Position numbers and translations under genes: made by a program. Below, piece by piece: positions 19,320-27,945 of a stretch of DNA of 58,581 bases. Under the pieces are notes generated by a model. That model did no database searches. It saw only the letters and a program-made list of their open reading frames with translations, and was not told where the DNA came from. The stretch's first letter is position 1, and every line of letters starts with the position of its first letter. The stretch is from Candidatus Aenigmatarchaeota archaeon (GTDB lineage: Archaea > Aenigmatarchaeota > Aenigmatarchaeia > CG10238-14 > SpSt-28). The DNA lies in assembly GCA_020832825.1 (NCBI GenBank), contig JAJHRL010000002.1, forward strand, positions 1-58,581, read 5' to 3'.

Positions 19320-19391
19320 GGGCCGGTAGATCAACGGTAGATCGCCGCCCTTGCAAGGCGGAGGCTCCGGGTTCGAATCCCGGCCGGTCCA
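19320..19391 (+). tRNA. tRNA-Ala(UGC)
   Basis: Acceptor GGGCCGG/CCGGTCC with the G3:U70 alanine identity pair, anticodon loop CTTGCAA, T arm CCGGG-TTCGAAT-CCCGG. About 68 percent G+C. Confidence 0.92.
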
Positions 19392-19488
19392 TAGCTTTAA
19401 AAAACAGTTAAAAATTTTAACTCATATGGACTACTTTGTAAGAAGTTGCCTGTTTATCCAATTTCTTTAAGAGTTTCCTAAATAAATT

Positions 19489-20091
19489 ATGAAAACAAAG
19501 TTCTTCCAAGAATTGCAAAAAGCTTTAAGCAGGCTTGTTGAATTCAAAAAGATAGAAAAGATGGAAAATGTTTTGGCTTTAGATGTTGCGTATAAAGATG
19601 ATTTAGCTTTTTGTGGTGCCGTTATTTATAATTTGGTGCAAGATAAAATAGTAAAAGAAATGATTATTAAGGATACCATAGATTTTCCATACATTCCCGG
19701 CTTGCTCTTTCTTAGAGAGGCTCCAATAATGCTAGAAGCTATAAGAGAAATTGATAGGGATTATGATTTAATCCTTGTTGATGGTCATGGTCTTGCTCAT
19801 CCTAGAAAGGCGGGCTTAGCAACCATAATCGGGATATTAACAGGGAAGCCAACAATTGGAATAGCGAAGAGCTTCCTTCATGGAGATATAAAAAATGGTT
19901 ATATCATTGTTGGTGGTCAGAAAGTTGGAATAAAGTTTGGAAGATATTATGCAAGTATAGGCTCAAATATAGATATAGAAAGTTTAGAAAGGTTTATAAA
20001 AATGATAAACTTCAAGTATCCTAAGCCATTAAAGATTGCAGATAAACTAAGTAAGACGAGTATTCTAAATTTCGTTAAAAAGAGAAGATAG
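19489..20091 (+). CDS. nfi: Endonuclease V
   Basis: LALDVAY..., PYIPGLLFLREAP, and LVDGHGLAHPRKAGLATIIG motifs of the EndoV family. 200 aa. Confidence 0.9.
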   Translation: MKTKFFQELQKALSRLVEFKKIEKMENVLALDVAYKDDLAFCGAVIYNLVQDKIVKEMIIKDTIDFPYIPGLLFLREAPIMLEAIREIDRDYDLILVDGHGLAHPRKAGLATIIGILTGKPTIGIAKSFLHGDIKNGYIIVGGQKVGIKFGRYYASIGSNIDIESLERFIKMINFKYPKPLKIADKLSKTSILNFVKKRR

Positions 20092-20104
20092 AATATTTTT
20101 AAGC

Positions 20105-20722
20105 TTGAATTTTAATTCCATCAGTATGGGAGTATCTAGAGTTAAAGATGTAGAAAAAGAAAAGGAAAAGGAGGAGGAAGAAAAAAAGAAAAAAGAAAAG
20201 CCTAAAGAGATTAAGGTTAAGAAGGAAGAGAGGAAAATAGGAGGTATAGTGAGGATTTTGAATACGGACTTAGATGCTAATAAGAACTTACTCTACGGTT
20301 TAACAGGGATTAAAGGAGTGAGTTATACCTTTTCTAAAGCAGTGATAGCTGCTTTAGGTTTAGATGCCTACAGAAAACTCTCAACTTTAACTCCTGAGGA
20401 AATAGAAAAGATAGAAGATTGTTTGAAAAATCCAGCAAAATATAACATTCCGTCATTTCTTTTCAATAGAAGAAGAGACCCAGAAACAGGTTTAGACATT
20501 CATTTAGTTGGGCCCGATGTTGATATCTTCAGAAGTATGGATATAAAAAGAGAAATTGAGCTAAAAACTTATAAAGGTTTTAGACATATGTATGGTCAAC
20601 CTGTAAGAGGACAAAGGACTAGAAGTCACTTTAGGCATGGTAGAACCGTTGGAGTTTTAAGAGGTAAAATGAAGCAATTGGCTCAGCAACAAGCTAAAGA
20701 GAAGAAAGAAGAGAAAAAGTGA
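20105..20722 (+). CDS. rps13: 30S ribosomal protein S13 (uS13) with K/E-rich N-terminal extension
   Basis: The core begins at IVRILNTDLDANK and ends in a basic tail. TTG at 20105; the ATG at 20126 is a more likely start. About 40 aa of EKEKEKEEEEKKKKEK precede the core. Confidence 0.9.
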   Translation: MNFNSISMGVSRVKDVEKEKEKEEEEKKKKEKPKEIKVKKEERKIGGIVRILNTDLDANKNLLYGLTGIKGVSYTFSKAVIAALGLDAYRKLSTLTPEEIEKIEDCLKNPAKYNIPSFLFNRRRDPETGLDIHLVGPDVDIFRSMDIKREIELKTYKGFRHMYGQPVRGQRTRSHFRHGRTVGVLRGKMKQLAQQQAKEKKEEKK

Positions 20723-20728
20723 TGAATT

Positions 20729-21271
20729 ATGAAGAGATTTAGGAAAAAGTATAGAAAACCAAGGAGACCGTGGGATAAAGCTCTTTTGGAAGAAGAAAGA
20801 AAAATAATGATAGAGTTTGGATTGAGAAGGAAAAAGGAGCTATGGAGAGCTAAAGAAGAGTTAAGAAAATATAGAAGGATGGCAAGAGAGTTAAACGCAA
20901 GAAGAGATAAGGAAAAAGAGAAAGTTTTGATTCAAAAGTTATATAGGCTTGGTTTATTACCATCTCCAAGCGCAACTCTAGATGATGTTTTGAGTCTAAC
21001 TGTTAAAGATTTGCTGAATAGAAGATTACAAACGATTGTTTATAAAAAGGGTTTGGCAAATACAATAAAGCAGGCAAGACAATTTATCGTTCATGGGCAT
21101 GTAAGAATTAACGGAAGAAGGATTGTATATCCAAGCTATTTGGTTAGTAGAGATGAAGAAGATAAAATAACATGCGACATAAAACCAAATATGCCAAAAG
21201 CAGTAGCACAAGAACAACCAGCACAACAGCCCAAAGCTGAAGTTAGCGTTGAGGTTAAAGAGGGTGGTTAG
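20729..21271 (+). CDS. rps4: 30S ribosomal protein S4 (uS4)
   Basis: [11 protein letters not shown] start, S4 RNA-binding domain ([33 protein letters not shown]). Confidence 0.92.
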   Translation: MKRFRKKYRKPRRPWDKALLEEERKIMIEFGLRRKKELWRAKEELRKYRRMARELNARRDKEKEKVLIQKLYRLGLLPSPSATLDDVLSLTVKDLLNRRLQTIVYKKGLANTIKQARQFIVHGHVRINGRRIVYPSYLVSRDEEDKITCDIKPNMPKAVAQEQPAQQPKAEVSVEVKEGG

Positions 21272-21667
21272 ATGAGTGAAAAGAAAGAGAGATGGGGAGT
21301 AGCTCACATTTTTAGTAGTCCTAATTCTACAATAGTTCACATTACAGATTTGAGTGGAGCTGAAACAATAGCAAGGTATTCTAGCGGAATGATGACAGAT
21401 AAGGATAGAGAAGGCGGAATGCCTTTCCCTGCTATGCTAGCTGCTAAGAAAGCTGCTGAAGAAGCTTTAGCTAAAGGAATTACTGGAGTGCACATAAGAG
21501 TTAGAGCTCCAGGAGGTATAAAGACAAAAATTCCTGGACCTGGAGCACAAGCTGCTATAAGAGCTCTTGCAAAAGCTGGATTAAAAATAGGTTTAATCGA
21601 AGATGTAACTCCAATAATTCATGGATATATGCGTAGGAAAGGCGGGCGTAGGGGACGTCGAGTGTAA
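21272..21667 (+). CDS. rps11: 30S ribosomal protein S11 (uS11)
   Basis: [19 protein letters not shown]..., [10 protein letters not shown], and [16 protein letters not shown] typical of uS11. Confidence 0.95.
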   Translation: MSEKKERWGVAHIFSSPNSTIVHITDLSGAETIARYSSGMMTDKDREGGMPFPAMLAAKKAAEEALAKGITGVHIRVRAPGGIKTKIPGPGAQAAIRALAKAGLKIGLIEDVTPIIHGYMRRKGGRRGRRV

Positions 21668-21689
21668 AATCTTCAATACCTCCAATCTT

Positions 21690-22181
21690 TTATTGTAAGT
21701 TGGCTTTTATGAAATTAATTAAAGTATCTTTTATTGAAGATTCTACATCTTCATTGTCTCCCACAACTATGAAATCAGTTGCTATAATTTCTTTAAGCAT
21801 ATGCTCTTTCCATTCTTCCGTTAGTAAAGATTTAGTTTCACCTATCATAGCAGTTTTCAGATCCGGTTTATTGCTTTTTAAAACCACAAATCTATGGTCG
21901 GTAACTATTAATTTAGTCTTTAAATTTCTATTACTACTTTTTGACTCAAAAACTTCAATTATTATTTTTGGTTTCTGCGAATTTGGAATAGCAAAATCTA
22001 CGTTAAAGAACTTACCATTGAAATCTATTGTAGCGTGAAGTTCGAATGGAATATTATTGGATGACAGAACTTTTATTACTTTATTTTCTAATTCGGTCGG
22101 TGGAAGTTTTTCAACTAACTTGATACCGTTTTTTACTTGTATATCTTTATTAAAACAAATCTTACCGTTTTTTATATCTTT
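21690..22181 (-). pseudogene. PD-(D/E)XK (Vsr/DUF559-like) nuclease-fold segment without a usable start codon
   Basis: 163 sense codons are open from 22181, but the first ATG/GTG/TTG is at 21887. Candidate core: TELENKVIKVL ... FFNVDFAIPNSQKPKIIIEVFESK (E ... D ... E-x-x-E-x-K spacing). It becomes contiguous with the upstream HTH frame if one A is removed from the A5 run at 22179-22183. Confidence 0.5.
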
Positions 22182-22359
22182 TTAAATTCCTTAATATTGT
22201 CTCCTTCTCTATCTTAATATCTCTAAGCATTTCTTTCAGAATTGGAGTGATTTTTTCTAATGTTTCTGGACTTATTCTTCTTTTCCCACCTTCCCAGCTC
22301 CTTAATTCGCTTGGTTCAATTTTTAATATTCTTGCCAGTTCTTTTGTTCTTTCTGCATA
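22162..22359 (-). pseudogene. Fourth XRE-type HTH module, out of frame with the upstream ORF
   Basis: Own translation: RTKELARILKIEPSELRSWEGGKRRISPETLEKITPILKEML...KRYKKR*. It matches the HTH part of the three repeats in 22316-23710. Confidence 0.6.
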
Positions 22360-23710
22360 TTACTCTAAATAAGAAAATATTCCTAGCGTCATTCTCTAAA
22401 ATTTCCCATATCTCATTAAAATTGTTTGTTCTTGATTTCAATTCTTCTATTTTGCTAATAATTGCTTCTGTAGATAAACTTTTGAAAGATTCTTTTTTCT
22501 CTATATTTTCAATCTTCGAAAAAATTATTTTCTTCCAATTTTGTTCGAATTTTTCGAAATTTATGTTTTTTGGCAGCAATGCTTGTAATTTATCTATCCA
22601 TCTTAATGCTGGTCCAGCATGTACAATTCTTCCGTGTTTGTTCTCCAGATGTCTAATAAGATCTTTTGTGCATCCAATTTTTTCTGCCAATTCTTTTTGC
22701 GTCATTCCATTGCAACATCTAATGAAAAATATCGATAGACTACTATCCGCTAGAAAAAGAGAAATTGGGAATATAGTAAAGTTATTTGTTTTTTCTCTAA
22801 AGAAGTTAAAAAATTCAGGCAAAACTTTTGAATCTTTTTTATCCCACTCAATCAATCCGAGTTTATTCATCTCGCTTTTTATTTTTTCTATTTCTGCTAC
22901 ATTTTCCTCAGTTTGATGAATACTTATTTCCTTCCAAATAGATAACGATTTTTCGACATTCAGAGAGATTTCTTGGGTTTTTAAAAATTCATTTATTTTT
23001 CTACACCAATCTTCGACTGTTTTTTGTGAAAACTGTATACCTTTTCTCCCAGCTTCTACATGTCTTAACGTTTCTTGATGTATTCCAACTTTTCTTGCAA
23101 AACTAGGTCTAGTCAATCCCAAAGCGCACCTTAAAATTAGGATAAGCTGATTTTTTGCTAAAAAGACCTCTTCTGGGAAAATCTTAAAGTTATTTGTTTT
23201 TTCTTTCAACCATTCAAAAACTTTCAAAAATTGTTCTTCATTCATTTTTCTAAGGTCTTCAGGCAGGCCCATTTTTTCCAACTCGCTTCTAATCTTCTCT
23301 ACTTTTTCATTATCGGTTGGGATTGCTACTTCTTTGAAAAGCTCTAATGCATTTTCAACGCTTATCTCAGAAATTTTAGAGAAAATTTCTTCCAAATTCT
23401 TGCTTATCTTATCGATTTTACTCTCATTTTTAATTTCTCTTCTACCAACTTCTATTTGTCTTAAAATTTCTTCGTTAATTCCTATAGCACTAGCAAAATC
23501 TTTTCTTTTCATTCCGGTGAGACATCTAATTATCAACAAAATCTGACTACCCTCTTTGATTAGTTGCTTAAATTCAGTAAAATTCTTTGTTAGTTCTTTT
23601 ATTTGATTAGTTAAAGACAAAAATTCCTCTTCGCTTAATCTTCTTATGTCTCTTGCTTTTGTAATCAAATTACATTCGTTTAATTTATCTCTATCTTCCA
23701 TTATTACCAC
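22316..23710 (-). CDS. Tandem-repeat XRE-family HTH protein (3 complete modules + start of a 4th)
   Basis: Three ~135-aa repeats each carry a (K/R)TNNF or TKNF motif followed by an HTH: IIRCLTGMKRKDFASAIGINEEILRQIEVGRREI / ILRCALGLTRPSFARKVGIHQETLRHVEAGRKGI / FIRCCNGMTQKELAEKIGCTKDLIRHLENKHGRI. Confidence 0.65.
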   Translation of the reverse strand: MVIMEDRDKLNECNLITKARDIRRLSEEEFLSLTNQIKELTKNFTEFKQLIKEGSQILLIIRCLTGMKRKDFASAIGINEEILRQIEVGRREIKNESKIDKISKNLEEIFSKISEISVENALELFKEVAIPTDNEKVEKIRSELEKMGLPEDLRKMNEEQFLKVFEWLKEKTNNFKIFPEEVFLAKNQLILILRCALGLTRPSFARKVGIHQETLRHVEAGRKGIQFSQKTVEDWCRKINEFLKTQEISLNVEKSLSIWKEISIHQTEENVAEIEKIKSEMNKLGLIEWDKKDSKVLPEFFNFFREKTNNFTIFPISLFLADSSLSIFFIRCCNGMTQKELAEKIGCTKDLIRHLENKHGRIVHAGPALRWIDKLQALLPKNINFEKFEQNWKKIIFSKIENIEKKESFKSLSTEAIISKIEELKSRTNNFNEIWEILENDARNIFLFRVICRKNKRTGKNIKN

Positions 23711-23888
23711 CTTAATTTATATTTACTAACGTAGAACTGTAGGTACTATATAAAAATACCTTCGGGGGAGAGTACTTGGGACTGTATGAAATTTATCTTT
23801 AGCTTATGAAGAAAGTTGAAATCAAATTAGAATAATCTTATAGCAAAACTTATATATGAACTTCTGTTATTGCTAGAATTCTGTAATT

Positions 23889-24620
23889 TCACTCTTTTGA
23901 TTTTAGTTGATAAATATCCATAACTTCACACATGCTAACTTTTGTTTCAAATCTCTTTACTAAAACAAAACCTAAAGCTTCCATTATTGCCTCTAAAAAT
24001 CCACTTGACCATGCATAAAATGTTTCTTTGATTGGTAGTTTCTCTCCAGTCAGATCTACATATAGCTTAGTTATTCCAGCATTGGAGTCATCATACTTTA
24101 AATTGAAGCTAACTATTCTTTCTGAATCAAAGTATACATCTTTCCACTCTTTATTTGCCAATTTTTCCAACAAACTCCTATAGTTGATAATTACATAGCT
24201 ATTCTCCTTAAGATACTTCTTAACGTTTTTGATTATGTTGACAAAAGTTTTTGGTGAAAGACCGAAAAGAGTATTTCCGAAAATAATTGCACTATCAAAT
24301 TTTCCTTCTAGTTTTACATTTGCCGCATCGCTTAACAAAAACTGAGATTTAAATTTATATTTCTTTTTTGTTTTTAGCGCCAATTCTATCATTTTTTTGT
24401 TTATATCAACTCCGACTACTTCATAACCTTTTTGCTCTAACCAAAATGAAAATAATCCAGCGCCACACGCTATGTCAAGAATTCTTCTTCCTAGAAAATT
24501 TTTAAATTCTGCAAAGTATTTTTCCATTTCTTCAATTCTCTTTTTGCCTTCTTCAGAATCGAACGTATATCTTTCATAAGTTTCTACGTCTTGCCAATAG
24601 TCTAACCTTTCTTTTCCCAT
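23889..24620 (-). CDS. Class I SAM-dependent methyltransferase
   Basis: Motif I ILDIACGAGLFS, then an acidic residue after beta-2 (VVGVDIN). 243 aa. Confidence 0.8.
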   Translation of the reverse strand: MGKERLDYWQDVETYERYTFDSEEGKKRIEEMEKYFAEFKNFLGRRILDIACGAGLFSFWLEQKGYEVVGVDINKKMIELALKTKKKYKFKSQFLLSDAANVKLEGKFDSAIIFGNTLFGLSPKTFVNIIKNVKKYLKENSYVIINYRSLLEKLANKEWKDVYFDSERIVSFNLKYDDSNAGITKLYVDLTGEKLPIKETFYAWSSGFLEAIMEALGFVLVKRFETKVSMCEVMDIYQLKSKE

Positions 24621-24665
24621 AAGGTTATTTAATTGCTACAGTAATAAAAACTGATTTTCCAAGAA

Positions 24666-26021
24666 TTATAGTTTTTCTCCTTTTTGCTTATACCTACTAA
24701 TTGCAACCAAGAATGTAAATATTTCAACTCTCCCTAAAATCATTAAGACTATTAAGATTGATTTCAATGTTATGTTTAAATTCAAGTTTAAAGACAGGCC
24801 AACAGTCGAATACGCAGAAATACATTGAAAGAGAGAATCTATGAAAGAATTTCCGTAAAATGTGAAAATTAATGCTGAAATAAAAACTATCACGACTGAT
24901 AAAGAAATTGTAAGTGAAGAGATTAACGCTTCTCTAACGTCTTCTTCGCTCTCAATTCCAAGTTTTTTTCTTACAGCAATTCCTATCGATTTGAACAACA
25001 TTATTAGTCTATAAACTTTTATTCCACCACTTGTCGAAAACGTACAGCCACCTATAAACATCAAAGCAATCAAAATCAATTTTAAAGTCTCAGGAAGATT
25101 TTTCATAGATTCAAAACCAAATCCTGTTGTAGATGCGGCGCTAACTGTATTGAATAAAGAATGAGTTATGTCATTATAGTGAAGATAGTAAGAAACAACA
25201 GTACCAATCGCAATCAATAACAAAAATGTAAAGATTTCCAAGGATTTCAGTTTGTACCATTTTCTAAAGAAGATTGCATGGTGAATCTCAAAACTTGTCG
25301 CTCCTAGAATCATAATTGTAACTAAAGTCAAAAGAATTTGCTGATTAGCTTCTACGCTTGGCATAAATCCACCAGTTGATAAACCGGAAAAAACTAAAGA
25401 AATGTTTGTTACAAAATCTTGTATGCCAAGAAAATAGAGAATTGAAAAGAACAAAACAGTGTAGAATGAGTAAATAAAGAGAACTTCTATAATAGAAGTT
25501 TTGATTTTTGTCAGAAACTTTTTTATTCCGATAGCTTCAGCTATACCATTTGCTATGTTTTCTTCATATAAAAACGCAAGTATTAAATAAACTATTCCAA
25601 TTCCTCCAATCCACTGAGTAAGGCTTCTGTAAAGCACTAGCGATTTAGGAAGATTTTTTGAATCAAGAAATGTTAATCCAGTAGTTGTGAAGCCAGAGAC
25701 GCTTTCAAAGTAAGTATTTACAAAATCCTCTAAGATGTTTTGAGAGTTGAATATTTTCAGGTAAAAGTAAGGTATGCTTCCAACTAAACTTATCAAAATA
25801 AAAGTCAGTAAAACTAACAAGCATGATGTTTTATAATCTAATTCTTTTCTTTCTGATAATGCATTCATCATAAAGCCTATTGAAAAGAACGATAGAGAAG
25901 TAATCATAAAAGCTACCATTGCTTCAGCTTCGCTATAATAATATGCTATTATAATTGGAAGAATCATAAGCAAACCAGCAATTTGAAATATGAAGCCCAA
26001 GTTTGCAATCAAAGCTTTCAT
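24666..26021 (-). CDS. trkH: TrkH/KtrB-family cation (K+) transporter
   Basis: 451 aa, polytopic. Repeated pore-loop-like motifs: SGFTTTGLT, LSTGGF, ASTTGFG, and YSTVGLS. Confidence 0.85.
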   Translation of the reverse strand: MKALIANLGFIFQIAGLLMILPIIIAYYYSEAEAMVAFMITSLSFFSIGFMMNALSERKELDYKTSCLLVLLTFILISLVGSIPYFYLKIFNSQNILEDFVNTYFESVSGFTTTGLTFLDSKNLPKSLVLYRSLTQWIGGIGIVYLILAFLYEENIANGIAEAIGIKKFLTKIKTSIIEVLFIYSFYTVLFFSILYFLGIQDFVTNISLVFSGLSTGGFMPSVEANQQILLTLVTIMILGATSFEIHHAIFFRKWYKLKSLEIFTFLLLIAIGTVVSYYLHYNDITHSLFNTVSAASTTGFGFESMKNLPETLKLILIALMFIGGCTFSTSGGIKVYRLIMLFKSIGIAVRKKLGIESEEDVREALISSLTISLSVVIVFISALIFTFYGNSFIDSLFQCISAYSTVGLSLNLNLNITLKSILIVLMILGRVEIFTFLVAISRYKQKGEKL

Positions 26022-26058
26022 TAACTAATTATTTTACTATTGTATAAAATTTTCTTTT

Positions 26059-26913
26059 ATGGACCAAGGCGGGTACTTAAATAAAATTTTTAGAACGATT
26101 GAAAAGTACAGGCTTGTTGAGAAAGGCGATAAGATTTTTGTAGCCTTGAGTGGAGGAAAAGACAGTGCAGCGGTTTTGTTTGCGTTAAAAAAATTTAATG
26201 AGGAGAGAGATCCAGATTTTGAAATAGTAGGATTTCACATAAACCTTGGGACCATTGGTTCAGAAAAAATTCAAGAGATTGTTGAAAAACAATGCGAATT
26301 AGCTGGAGTAAAACTTGTTGTCTTCGAGTTGAAGAAAGAAGGTATCGATCTTGGCGAAATAGCAAAAAAGAATAGGAGACCCATTTGCGGTGTTTGCGGT
26401 GTTATAAAAAGATATCTGATGAATAAAATTCCCAGAGAACTCGGGGCGACTAAGATAGCAACTGGACATCATGGAGATGACATTCTTGTGTTTTTCATCA
26501 AAAATATTCTTGGAATGAACTATTCTTGGATAGGTAAGTTTAGGCCCAAAGCGGAAAGCGATAATCCAAAATTGTTAACAAAAATAAGACCACTTTTCTT
26601 TGTTGGTAGAAAAGAAAATGAGGAATTTGTGAAAAATCTTGGAGTACCATACGTTCAAGAAAGTCTTTGCATATACTTTAAGGAAAAGATAAAGTTGTAT
26701 GAAAAAACAAACAAGTGGTATGATATTATAGATAGATTGGAGTCGGAAGCTCCGGGCTTTAAGGAAAGACTTTTGAACTCTGTAATAAAAATGAGTACCT
26801 ATTTCGAAAGCGAAGATCAGCTAAAGTTTTGTAAAATATGTGGAGAGCCAACTAATACCGAAATTTGTGCTTTTTGTAGACTTACTGGAAAAACAAAAAA
26901 TTCAAAACTTTAG
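26059..26913 (+). CDS. PP-loop ATPase, TtcA/TtuA/NcsA-type tRNA thiolation enzyme
   Basis: SGGKDS PP-loop, CGVCGVIKR, GHHGDD, C-terminal zinc ribbon CKICG...CAFC. Confidence 0.8.
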   Translation: MDQGGYLNKIFRTIEKYRLVEKGDKIFVALSGGKDSAAVLFALKKFNEERDPDFEIVGFHINLGTIGSEKIQEIVEKQCELAGVKLVVFELKKEGIDLGEIAKKNRRPICGVCGVIKRYLMNKIPRELGATKIATGHHGDDILVFFIKNILGMNYSWIGKFRPKAESDNPKLLTKIRPLFFVGRKENEEFVKNLGVPYVQESLCIYFKEKIKLYEKTNKWYDIIDRLESEAPGFKERLLNSVIKMSTYFESEDQLKFCKICGEPTNTEICAFCRLTGKTKNSKL

Positions 26914-27741
26914 CATTCTTCTGAATCTTAAGTATCTTATAATCCCTTCAGCTGTATAACCTTGTTTTAGCTTTATGGAAATAGGCAAATTTGGTAGTTC
27001 GATATCTTCTTTTCCTATGGGAGATGAGAGCTCTAGAAATTCGTTTACTTCTTTCAAACAAGAGTAAACTAAAGAAGGAGATATTTTTAGTTCTCTCGAG
27101 ATTTCTCTTAGGTAAGTTCCAGGGTTTTCTTCTATAAACTTTAGTACTTTAAACAAGGCCTCTGATCTATTTGTTTTTTCATATCTAGTTCTTCGTTTTC
27201 TTTTATTTCTAGTTGGTAAAATTGATATTTTAGTTTTAGATAGTTCATTGAGTTTCTCAGGAGGTATTTCTTCTTTTAAAGAAATTAGCTTTGGTAATTT
27301 TGGCAAACTCATTCCACTTCCAAATTCTTTTATTTCTAGGTAATCTTTTATCTTTATCAAATTTCTTCTAACTATCTCTGGGTGAATTTTCAAGTCTTCT
27401 GAGATCTTCTTTATGTAAGTATTAGGATTTTCCTTGAGATAATTTACTATCTTGAATAGAGTTGATGGGGCTAACTCCTCGAGATTTTTCTTGTTTACGA
27501 ATACTGGTTGTGAGTATCCTTCTATTATTTTCTTCATTCTTTCCTCGTCAATTCTTTTTGCAACGTATGGTGAAATAACTATAATCCTCTTTTCGTAGGT
27601 TTTGATTTTTGGTCCAACATTGCTAATTCTTATCAATAACTCTCCATTAGAATCTTTTGCATAAATTCGATTTTTCTCTATTTTAGTTATTGTTATTCCC
27701 AAATTCCAAAGAATCTTTGCTATGTTTTCGATTCCTTCCAT
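26902..27741 (-). CDS. Hypothetical DNA-binding protein with duplicated winged-helix modules
   Basis: Internal duplication: LFKIVNYLKENPNTYIKKISEDLKIHPEIVRRNLIKIKDYLEI...LPKLPKLISLK versus LFKVLKFIEENPGTYLREISRELKISPSLVYSCLKEVNEFLEL...LPNLPISIKLK. Basic linker KRKRRTR. Confidence 0.5.
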   Translation of the reverse strand: MEGIENIAKILWNLGITITKIEKNRIYAKDSNGELLIRISNVGPKIKTYEKRIIVISPYVAKRIDEERMKKIIEGYSQPVFVNKKNLEELAPSTLFKIVNYLKENPNTYIKKISEDLKIHPEIVRRNLIKIKDYLEIKEFGSGMSLPKLPKLISLKEEIPPEKLNELSKTKISILPTRNKRKRRTRYEKTNRSEALFKVLKFIEENPGTYLREISRELKISPSLVYSCLKEVNEFLELSSPIGKEDIELPNLPISIKLKQGYTAEGIIRYLRFRRMLKF

Positions 27742-27742
27742 T

Positions 27743-27754
27743 CACAAATTTGTG
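27743..27754. promoter_or_regulatory. Perfect 12-bp palindrome CACAAATTTGTG just upstream of the 26902-27741 start codon
   Basis: Read directly. It lies 2-13 nt upstream of the ATG (27741, minus). The related AAATTTGTGTTTT recurs at 28785-28797, upstream of the next gene. Confidence 0.4.
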
Positions 27755-27928
27755 TTTTTGCATTTAAAAATTATTGTTTGTGAAACGTGTTTTTTACAAT
27801 TCTATAGATCGTGAGTGAGACTAAAAGGTAAAATCATGCTCTTCAAAACTTTATATTTTTTCTTATTTTCTTCTGTTTTTCGATATTTTTTCTTTTTCAT
27901 TTTATCTCTTATTGAATCGAAATTTTTG

Positions 27929-27945
27929 AGGGTGTGAATTTATGG
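27929..27945 (+). repeat. Direct repeat copy 1: AGGGTGTGAATTTATGG
   Basis: Matches 29644-29659 (AGGGTGTGATTTATGG) with a single-A length difference. Overlaps the stop codon of the 27940-28761 gene. Confidence 0.7.

Noticed and set aside
23760-23800. CC-UUCG-GG tetraloop-like hairpin in the 178-nt spacer upstream of the HTH-array gene, considered as a possible small RNA
   Set aside because: Only 2-3 base pairs can form and there is no extended structure or flanking promoter/terminator signal.
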